Below are positions 56,728 through 64,000 of a DNA stretch of 64,000 nucleotides, piece after piece. The stretch is from NCBI RefSeq assembly GCF_015767265.1, contig NZ_JADPIB010000007.1, positions 8,307 to 72,306 on the forward strand, read 5' to 3'. The DNA is from Aureivirga marina. GTDB lineage: Bacteria; Bacteroidota; Bacteroidia; Flavobacteriales; Flavobacteriaceae. The translations under genes were made by a program, and so were the position numbers. The notes under the pieces were generated by a model that saw nothing but the letters and a program-made list of their open reading frames with translations, searched no databases and was not told the origin of the DNA. Numbering within the stretch: position 1 is the stretch's first letter; every line of letters starts with the position of its first letter.

Positions 56728-57705
56728 TTATCCAAATTTTTGAAGAACTTCATCAAAAGTATTGAAAACTGTTTCAGGATCATCTGAAGTAACCATTTTC
56801 AATCTATATTCTTTGAAATGTGGAATTCCTTTAAAATAATTTGTATAATGTCTTCTTGTTTCTAAAACTCCAAGAGCCTGACCTTTCCAAGCAATTGCCA
56901 TTTCTAAATGACGACGAGCAACTTCAACACGTTCTGCAATTGTTGCAGGTTCATGATGTTCTCCAGTTTTAAAGAAATGTTTTACATCTCTAAAAAACCA
57001 AGGATTTCCAATAGTTGCACGACCAATCATCGCTCCATCTAATCCAAACTCATCACGCATTAAAACAGCTTTTTCAGGAGAATCTACATCACCATTTCCA
57101 AAAACAGGAATATGCATTCTTGGATTGTTTTTTACTTCAGCAATTGGCTTCCAATCTGCAAAACCTTTATACATTTGCGCTCTTGTTCTTCCATGAATAG
57201 AAATTGCTTTTGCTCCAGCATCTTGAATTCTTTCTGCAACTTCTACAATTTTAATAGAATCATGATCCCAACCTAAACGAGTTTTTACAGTAATTGGTAA
57301 ATGAGTTCTTTTTACCATTTCCGCAGTAAGTTTTTCCATCAAGTCGATATCTTTTAAAATACCTGCTCCAGCTCCTTTACTTACTACTTTTTTTACAGGA
57401 CAACCAAAATTGATGTCAATAATATCTGGATTTGATTTTTCAACGATTTCTACAGTTCGTAGCATCGAATCTAAATTTGCTCCAAAAATTTGAATTCCTA
57501 CAGGACGTTCTTTTTCGTAAATATCTAATTTCATCACACTTTTTGCAGCGTCACGAATTAAACCTTCTGAAGAAATAAATTCTGTATAAACAACATCTGC
57601 TCCTTGCTCTTTACATAATGCACGAAAAGGTGGATCACTAACATCCTCCATTGGTGCTAATAATAAAGGAAAATCTCCTAATTCTATGTCTCCTATTTTT
57701 ACCAA
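56728..57705 (-). CDS. dusB: tRNA-dihydrouridine synthase
   Basis: LAPMEDVSDPPFR ... INFGCPVKKV is a Dus FMN-binding TIM-barrel signature. Confidence 0.85.
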   Translation of the reverse strand: MVKIGDIELGDFPLLLAPMEDVSDPPFRALCKEQGADVVYTEFISSEGLIRDAAKSVMKLDIYEKERPVGIQIFGANLDSMLRTVEIVEKSNPDIIDINFGCPVKKVVSKGAGAGILKDIDLMEKLTAEMVKRTHLPITVKTRLGWDHDSIKIVEVAERIQDAGAKAISIHGRTRAQMYKGFADWKPIAEVKNNPRMHIPVFGNGDVDSPEKAVLMRDEFGLDGAMIGRATIGNPWFFRDVKHFFKTGEHHEPATIAERVEVARRHLEMAIAWKGQALGVLETRRHYTNYFKGIPHFKEYRLKMVTSDDPETVFNTFDEVLQKFG

Positions 57706-57770
57706 AGCCTTAATTTTAAGGCTGCAAAGATACTATTTAGAATAGAAACTAGAAAAATTTTTGTTTAATG

Positions 57771-58895
57771 TTAAGAATCTAGATTTTTTTTCTTCTTATT
57801 TCGAGTAAAAATTCGTCCAGCAAAAAAGCCTAAAGTAAAAGGAATAAAGAAAATAACAAAGAGAATTAAAACCACATAAAATAAAATATCTCGAATGATT
57901 TTATCTACATGAGATAATGCTTTATCTACAACAGTTTCGCTTAAACCATTGATATCATTCATAATAATTCGTCTTTCACGGCTAATGATACTATCTATTG
58001 CAATCCTTTCTTTTTCAATATCATCAAACACTGTTTCAATTTGTCGATTTATATTATCAAAAATAGGTTTAGTTTCTTGTTGGAAATTTTCAATAGCTTC
58101 TCCGAGAAGTTCTGGACTTTCTTCTGCGACAGCGATTAATTCCATCATTCGAAGATTTAAACTGTCTGCAACTCGATTAAAATTTAAAGTGTCTAAACCA
58201 TTTTCTTTTGCGAGAATTTGTGATTCCCAAAGAAATTGTTTTTTGGTATTATTTGTTGTAAATGCAACTGTTGTAGAAAAATCAGCAACAACTTCAGCCA
58301 AAGAACCAACAGATTGTACAGCTAAACTATCAGGTGTGTTTGTATAAGTTAAAAAAGATTCACGCACAGGTTCATGATTCATTTTTAAGCTTTTCATCGG
58401 AAAATTTTTAGCATGTTTTTTTACAAAATCTAAGTATTTTTGTTCTTTTCGTTTTGGAAGTTGTTTTAAAGCAATTTCTTCAATTCCTTTTCGATTTAAA
58501 ACAATGGCATCTTTTGCAACTTGATAATAATTCCCAAATAATTTTTTTCCATCAGAAGAATTGATCAAGTTTTCCATTTCAATAGCGTAAGCCCAAGTAT
58601 CTAAAAGTGCTAATTCTGGAGAAATCTGATAAGCAACTCTGGAAATTCCAATAGAAGCATTTAATTTCCATTGTAAAGCTTCTAATTCGGTCTTTCTATT
58701 TTCAGTTAATTTTATAATGGAATCAGAAGCATATTCAATGCGATCTAACATTAGATTTCCATATTCTTGTGTTGCAATTCGGATGTTTAAATATCTTTTA
58801 GGTAATGGTTTTGTTCCTGTATCAATTTTAAGTAAAGAACAAGAATAAATACAAAATCCAATAAAGATTAATGCAATGTATTTGACATATTTCAT
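57771..58895 (-). CDS. Hypothetical protein, membrane-anchored (N-terminal lipo/signal sequence plus a C-terminal TM helix)
   Basis: 374 aa and largely helical. No motif was recognised. Confidence 0.45.
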   Translation of the reverse strand: MKYVKYIALIFIGFCIYSCSLLKIDTGTKPLPKRYLNIRIATQEYGNLMLDRIEYASDSIIKLTENRKTELEALQWKLNASIGISRVAYQISPELALLDTWAYAIEMENLINSSDGKKLFGNYYQVAKDAIVLNRKGIEEIALKQLPKRKEQKYLDFVKKHAKNFPMKSLKMNHEPVRESFLTYTNTPDSLAVQSVGSLAEVVADFSTTVAFTTNNTKKQFLWESQILAKENGLDTLNFNRVADSLNLRMMELIAVAEESPELLGEAIENFQQETKPIFDNINRQIETVFDDIEKERIAIDSIISRERRIIMNDINGLSETVVDKALSHVDKIIRDILFYVVLILFVIFFIPFTLGFFAGRIFTRNKKKKNLDS

Positions 58896-59104
58896 CTACA
58901 TATTTATTTAAAAACACAATCTTTAAGTTAAATTTTAGTTTTTAAGAATTTTCTTTAAGAAATCATAATTAACGTTGGTTTAGCAATTTAGAAAAGTTTA
59001 GGAAAGAAGGTTTTTTGAAATTTAGAAAGAATTAGAAATCTGTTTTTATTTCCTAAATTTGCAGCCTTTTTCCATTAGAAGAAAGATTTTAGAATAGAAA
59101 GATT

Positions 59105-60031
59105 TTGAGTCAGAGAGAAACATATAGCCAATTAATTAAACAAGAAGCAGAACGATTAGGTTTTACAGCTTGTGGAATCGCGAAAGCAACTTTTTTAGAA
59201 GAAGAAGCAAAGAATTTGGAGACTTGGTTAAAGAATGGTTATCATGGAGAAATGAAATACATGGAAAATCATTTTGACAAAAGATTAGATCCAAGATTGT
59301 TGGTTGAAGGTTCAAAATCGGTAATTTCTTTAGCATATAATTATTTTCCTAAAGAACAACAAAATCCAGATTCCTATAAGATTGCAAAATATGCTTATGG
59401 TCAAGATTATCATCATGTGATAAAAGATAAATTGCGACAATTAATGCAGTTTATGAATGAAGAAATTGGCGAAATTAACGGAAGAGCATTTACAGATTCT
59501 GCTCCAGTTATGGAGAGAAGTTGGGCAAAAAAAGCAGGATTGGGTTGGACAGGGAAACACTCGCTTTTGATTCAAAAAAAAGCAGGTTCTTTTTTCTTTT
59601 TAGCAGAATTAATTGTAGATATTGAATTGGCATATGATCATCCGTTTGAAACGGATCATTGTGGTAAATGTACAAGATGTATTGATGCTTGTCCGACACA
59701 AGCAATTTTACCAAATAATACTATTGACGGAAGTAAATGTATTTCGTATTTTACGATTGAGTTAAAAGATAATTTACCAACGGAAATGAAAGGTAAATTT
59801 GACGATTGGATGTTTGGTTGTGATACTTGTCAAGATGTTTGTCCTTGGAATCGATTTTCGACTCCAATGAATGAACCTTTGTTTGAACCACATCCAGATT
59901 TACTAACGATGAAGTATCAAGATTGGGAAGAAATTACAGAAGAGGTTTTTAGAAAAGTTTTCAAAAAATCGGCTGTAAAAAGAACAAAATATACAGGATT
60001 GCAAAGAAATATTGATTTTCTTAAAAAATAA
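59105..60031 (+). CDS. queG: Epoxyqueuosine reductase
   Basis: A 4Fe-4S ferredoxin motif [13 protein letters not shown] and a second cluster [14 protein letters not shown] start. Confidence 0.85.
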   Translation: MSQRETYSQLIKQEAERLGFTACGIAKATFLEEEAKNLETWLKNGYHGEMKYMENHFDKRLDPRLLVEGSKSVISLAYNYFPKEQQNPDSYKIAKYAYGQDYHHVIKDKLRQLMQFMNEEIGEINGRAFTDSAPVMERSWAKKAGLGWTGKHSLLIQKKAGSFFFLAELIVDIELAYDHPFETDHCGKCTRCIDACPTQAILPNNTIDGSKCISYFTIELKDNLPTEMKGKFDDWMFGCDTCQDVCPWNRFSTPMNEPLFEPHPDLLTMKYQDWEEITEEVFRKVFKKSAVKRTKYTGLQRNIDFLKK

Positions 60032-60122
60032 TATAAGTCATGTTTTATGAAAATCCTTTCTAAAAATATTTTATCTAATAATGGAATAATTATATTTGTC
60101 TATCAAAAGTAAAATTAATTTT

Positions 60123-62402
60123 ATGAGTGATTCAAGAAAAAGACGTGAAGCACTTTTGTACCACGCAAAACCAAAACCAGGAAAAATAGAAGTAGTACCT
60201 ACGAAAAAATATGCTACACAAAGAGATTTAGCTTTAGCATATTCACCTGGAGTTGCAGAGCCTTGTTTAGAAATTGCCAAAGACAAAAAGAATATTTATA
60301 GATATACAGCTAAAGGAAATTTAGTGGCGGTAATTTCAAATGGTACAGCTGTTTTAGGATTAGGAGATATCGGAGCAGAAGCATCAAAGCCTGTGATGGA
60401 AGGAAAGGGATTACTTTTTAAAATATTCGCAGATATTGACGTTTTTGACATTGAAGTTGATGCAAAAGATGTTGATAAATTTGTTGAAACAGTAAAAGCA
60501 ATAGCGCCAACTTTTGGTGGAATTAACTTAGAAGATATTAAAGCTCCTGAGGCATTTGAAATCGAAAGAAGATTGAAAGAGGAATTAGATATTCCTGTAA
60601 TGCATGATGACCAACATGGAACTGCAATTATTTCAGCAGCAGCATTAAAAAATGCTTTGGAAATTGCTGGAAAAGATATTAAAGAAGTAAAAGTTGTTGT
60701 AAATGGAGCAGGAGCTGCGGCAGTTTCTTGTTCTCGTTTATATATTGCTCTTGGAGTTCGTCCTGAAAATATTATCATGTGTGATAGTAAAGGAGTAATT
60801 CGTAAAGACAGAGATAATTTAACTTCTCAAAAAGCAGAATTTGCTACAGATGTAGATGTACATACTTTAGAAGAAGCAATGAAAAATTCAGATGTTTTCA
60901 TTGGGTTATCTAAAGGAAATGTGGTTTCTCCAGAGATGATTTTATCAATGGCTGCAAATCCAATTGTATTTGCAATGGCAAATCCAACTCCAGAAATTGA
61001 CTATAATTTAGCAATTCAAACAAGAGATGATATCATTATGGCAACTGGTCGTTCAGATCATCCTAACCAAGTAAATAATGTATTAGGTTTCCCATTTATT
61101 TTTAGAGGAGCTTTAGATGTTAGAGCGACAAAAATTAATGAAGAAATGAAAATGGCTGCTGTTCATGCTTTAGCTAATTTGGCAAAAGAAACAGTGCCTG
61201 AGCAAGTAAATATTGCTTATAATGAAACAAATATTCAGTTTGGAAGAGATTATATTATTCCAAAACCATTTGATACAAGACTTATTGAAGAAATTCCTCC
61301 AGCAGTTGCAAAAGCAGCAATAGAATCTGGTGTGGCAACAGAGCCAATTACAAATTGGAATAGATATAAAGAAGAATTAGCTGAGCGTCTTGGAACAGGA
61401 AGCAAAATGATGCGTATGTTGACAAACAGAGCAAAAACAGATCCTAAACGAGTTGTTTTTGCAGAAGCAGATCAATTAGACGTATTAAAAGCTGCACAAA
61501 TTTCTCATGACGAAGGCGTTGCAATTCCAATTTTATTAGGAAATAAAAACATCATCAAAATCATGATGGAGCAAATAAATTTCGATGCAGATGTTGAAAT
61601 TATTGATCCAAAATGCGATACAGAAGATGAAAGAAGAGATGAGTTTGCAAAGCTTTATTGGGATAAGATGAAGCGTAAAGGAGTTACTTATTTAGAAGCG
61701 CAAAAATGGATGCGTGAACGTAATTACTTTGCTGCAATGATGGTAAATTGTGAACATGCAGATGCTTTAGTAACAGGATATTCTAGAAACTATCCTTCTG
61801 TTGCAAAACCGATGATTGAGTTAATTGGAAAAGCAAAAGGAGTAGAAAGAGTTGCTGCTACAAACTTAATGTTAACTTCTCAAGGTCCTTTATTCTTCTC
61901 AGATACAACGATGAATATTGATCCTTCTGCACATGATTTAGCAAAGATTGCACACATGACTTCGATGACGATGAAAATGTTTGGATTAGATCCGCATTTA
62001 GCAATGTTATCATTTTCAAATTTTGGTTCTTCAAGATCTGAATCTGCAAGAAAAGTTTCACATGCTGTAGAATTAATTCACAAATCACATCCAGAAGTTT
62101 CTATTGATGGAGAAGTACAGGCGGATTTTGCTGTAAATTCAGAAATGATGAAAGGAAAATTCCCATTCTCAAAATTAACAGATAGAAGAGTAAATGGATT
62201 GATTTTTCCAAATTTAGAGTCGGCAAATATCAGTTATAAATTGATGAAAGAATTAAACAAAATTGATTCAATTGGACCGATTGTAATGGGACTTGCTAAA
62301 CCTGCACATATCATTCAATTAGGTGCAAGTGTGGACGAAATTGTAAATATGGTATGTATAGCAGTAGTGGATGCTCAGGAAAAGATGAAAATTAAGCAAT
62401 AA
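60123..62402 (+). CDS. maeB: NADP-dependent malic enzyme (malic enzyme domain plus PTA-like domain)
   Basis: 760 aa from the ATG at 60123. The malic enzyme N-terminus carries a GAGAAAVS Rossmann motif, and the C-terminal half is phosphotransacetylase-like. Confidence 0.9.
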   Translation: MSDSRKRREALLYHAKPKPGKIEVVPTKKYATQRDLALAYSPGVAEPCLEIAKDKKNIYRYTAKGNLVAVISNGTAVLGLGDIGAEASKPVMEGKGLLFKIFADIDVFDIEVDAKDVDKFVETVKAIAPTFGGINLEDIKAPEAFEIERRLKEELDIPVMHDDQHGTAIISAAALKNALEIAGKDIKEVKVVVNGAGAAAVSCSRLYIALGVRPENIIMCDSKGVIRKDRDNLTSQKAEFATDVDVHTLEEAMKNSDVFIGLSKGNVVSPEMILSMAANPIVFAMANPTPEIDYNLAIQTRDDIIMATGRSDHPNQVNNVLGFPFIFRGALDVRATKINEEMKMAAVHALANLAKETVPEQVNIAYNETNIQFGRDYIIPKPFDTRLIEEIPPAVAKAAIESGVATEPITNWNRYKEELAERLGTGSKMMRMLTNRAKTDPKRVVFAEADQLDVLKAAQISHDEGVAIPILLGNKNIIKIMMEQINFDADVEIIDPKCDTEDERRDEFAKLYWDKMKRKGVTYLEAQKWMRERNYFAAMMVNCEHADALVTGYSRNYPSVAKPMIELIGKAKGVERVAATNLMLTSQGPLFFSDTTMNIDPSAHDLAKIAHMTSMTMKMFGLDPHLAMLSFSNFGSSRSESARKVSHAVELIHKSHPEVSIDGEVQADFAVNSEMMKGKFPFSKLTDRRVNGLIFPNLESANISYKLMKELNKIDSIGPIVMGLAKPAHIIQLGASVDEIVNMVCIAVVDAQEKMKIKQ

Positions 62403-62440
62403 TTTCTTACATTTGAGCTTTCAAACACTAACCAGCTGAA

Positions 62441-63022
62441 ATGATTACTCACATACGAGGAAAATTAATAGAAAAAAATCCAACCTATGCCATTGTGGAA
62501 TGCAATGGTATGGGTTATTTTTTGCATATATCATTGCAAACTTACTCAAAATTAGGTGATAACGAATCTGTGATGCTTTATACACACTTGTCTATAAAGG
62601 AAGATTCACACACTCTTTACGGTTTTCTGAATAAATTAGAAAGAGAGGTTTTCAGATTTCTTATTTCTGTCTCAGGTATTGGTCCAAATACTGCAAGAAC
62701 TATGTTGTCGTCTTTGACAACCAGAGAAATCCAAGAAGCAATTGCATCAGAAAATGTGGCTTTGATTAAATCTATTAAAGGAATTGGAATCAAAACAGCA
62801 CAGAGAGTGATTATTGAATTAAAGGATAAAATACTAAAAACTTACGATTTAGAAGAAGTTTCTTTAGTTCAAAACAATACAAACAAAGAAGAGGCGTTAT
62901 CTGCATTAGAAGTATTAGGATTTAATAAGAAGCAAGCGGAAAAAGTATTGGATAAAATACTTAAGGAAGATTCTAGTATGGATGTTGAGAACCTAATTAA
63001 AAAAGCATTAAAAAATTTATAG
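62441..63022 (+). CDS. ruvA: Holliday junction branch-migration protein RuvA
   Basis: IRGKL ... two helix-hairpin-helix motifs (ISVSGIGPNTAR, IKGIGIKTAQR). Confidence 0.9.
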   Translation: MITHIRGKLIEKNPTYAIVECNGMGYFLHISLQTYSKLGDNESVMLYTHLSIKEDSHTLYGFLNKLEREVFRFLISVSGIGPNTARTMLSSLTTREIQEAIASENVALIKSIKGIGIKTAQRVIIELKDKILKTYDLEEVSLVQNNTNKEEALSALEVLGFNKKQAEKVLDKILKEDSSMDVENLIKKALKNL

Positions 63023-63026
63023 CACG

Positions 63027-64000
63027 TTGGAAAAAAATACTTGGATACAGCAATTACTACTTGTTATATTTTTTAGTTTTTTACCTACTTCCCTGATTAT
63101 AGCTCAGGAAACTGGTAATGAAAATAATACTAAAAAAGATAGTTTAAAATACACTTTCAAGAATACTCAAGATGGAAGTTTGTTTTTAAATAATGGAGCT
63201 AATAAAGAAGTTATTTATGATCCTGATTTAAAACAATATGTCATTTTAGAGAAAATAGGAGATTACTACATTACACATCCTATTTACATGTCGGAAGAGC
63301 AATACAAGGAATATCGTTTGAAAAAAGACATGTTGGAATATTATAAATCTAAAATTTCAGCTTTAAATCCGAAGAAAGAAGGAAGTAAAGAGGCGCAAAA
63401 AGATTTATTACCAACGTATTATGTAAATAGTAAATTTTTCGAATCTATTTTTGGAGGAAATACTGTAGAAGTAAATCCACAAGCAACTATTTTAATAAAA
63501 ATGGGAGTTCTTTCTCAAAGAGTTGAAAATCCACAGCTTTCAGAAAGAAATAGAAGTAGTTTTACTTTCGATTTTGACCAACAAATTAGTGCAAGTTTAA
63601 TTGCAAAAGTAGGAACAAGATTACAAGCGACGATAAATTACGATACGCAATCGACGTTTAATTTCCAAAATATTTTAAAATTAGAATATACGCCAACAGA
63701 GGATGATATTCTACAAAAAATTGAAGTAGGTAACGTAAGTATGCCTATGAAAAATTCATTAATTGCTGGAGCTCAGAATTTATTTGGAGTTAAAACTCAA
63801 TTCCAATTTGGTCCAACAACAGTGACTGGAGTTTTTGCAAGACAAAGGTCTCAGTTAAAAACAGTTAATGCACAAGGTAGTTCAACAATTGAAGAATTTG
63901 AATTATTAAGTTCGGATTATGATGATAATAAACACTTTTTCTTAGCACAAGAATTTAGAGAAAATTATAATAATGCTTTAGCGAATTTACCTTTAATTTC
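63027..64000 (+). CDS. sprA: Gliding-motility / T9SS cell-surface protein SprA. Only the N-terminus is present; the 3' end is truncated by the window edge, and the gene probably starts at TTG.
   Basis: Signal peptide MEKNTWIQQLLLVIFFSFLPTSLIIAQE, then the conserved SprA N-terminal blocks (GGNTVEVNPQATILIKMGV, RSSFTFDFDQQISASL, KLEYTPTEDDILQKIEVGNVSM). Position downstream of ruvA follows flavobacterial synteny. Confidence 0.75.
   Translation, partial: MEKNTWIQQLLLVIFFSFLPTSLIIAQETGNENNTKKDSLKYTFKNTQDGSLFLNNGANKEVIYDPDLKQYVILEKIGDYYITHPIYMSEEQYKEYRLKKDMLEYYKSKISALNPKKEGSKEAQKDLLPTYYVNSKFFESIFGGNTVEVNPQATILIKMGVLSQRVENPQLSERNRSSFTFDFDQQISASLIAKVGTRLQATINYDTQSTFNFQNILKLEYTPTEDDILQKIEVGNVSMPMKNSLIAGAQNLFGVKTQFQFGPTTVTGVFARQRSQLKTVNAQGSSTIEEFELLSSDYDDNKHFFLAQEFRENYNNALANLPLI

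Noticed and set aside
60296-60778. 160-aa minus-strand ORF
   Set aside because: Antisense inside maeB, Ala/Ser-rich and low complexity. Spurious.
1-64000. Search for mobile elements, prophage, CRISPR arrays and tRNA or rRNA genes
   Set aside because: There is no integrase, transposase or recombinase motif, no direct-repeat arrays, and no GC-rich tRNA-like segments in any spacer. Composition is uniform, so no island boundary is evident.

Overview
This 64 kb window is AT-rich (about 30% GC) and densely packed with genes, and it looks like chromosomal core DNA from a Flavobacteriia-class member of Bacteroidota. The lineage call rests on a type-2 IleRS, ileS-traR/dksA-lspA synteny, ruvA followed by sprA (gliding/T9SS), GLPGLI, DUF3108 and DUF4286 family proteins, CarbopepD-type TonB-dependent receptors, and several TTG starts. 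About 62 protein-coding genes are supported, mostly housekeeping: serS, hmgA, hppD, kynA, pgi, ileS, lspA, truB, uppP, ftsX, rbfA, mgtE, rsmA, sppA, dusB, queG, maeB and ruvA. I see no rRNA, tRNA, CRISPR array, integrase or transposase, and composition is uniform across the window, so nothing looks like an acquired island. Most genes are followed by clear rho-independent terminators. The best candidate for an undescribed system is a minus-strand three-gene operon at 25727..33900. It encodes an NfeD/YqiJ-like membrane OB-fold protein, a long flotillin/SPFH scaffold with an expanded Glu/Ala/Lys coiled coil, and a 1637-aa multidomain protein carrying one AAA_5 (dynein/MoxR-type) ATPase module and long coiled coils, with palindromic elements in the internal spacer. 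Secondary candidates are a small Cys-containing secreted peptide gene with its own terminator (16561..16800) next to a GLPGLI protein and an outer-membrane barrel pair, a lipoprotein with four internal repeats behind a TonB-dependent receptor, a folK-deoxynucleoside kinase fusion, tandem OmpA-TSP3-LysM paralogs separated by a perfect 20-bp inverted repeat, a plsC-like acyltransferase next to a soluble acyl-ACP desaturase, and a zinc-finger-less DksA/TraR protein.
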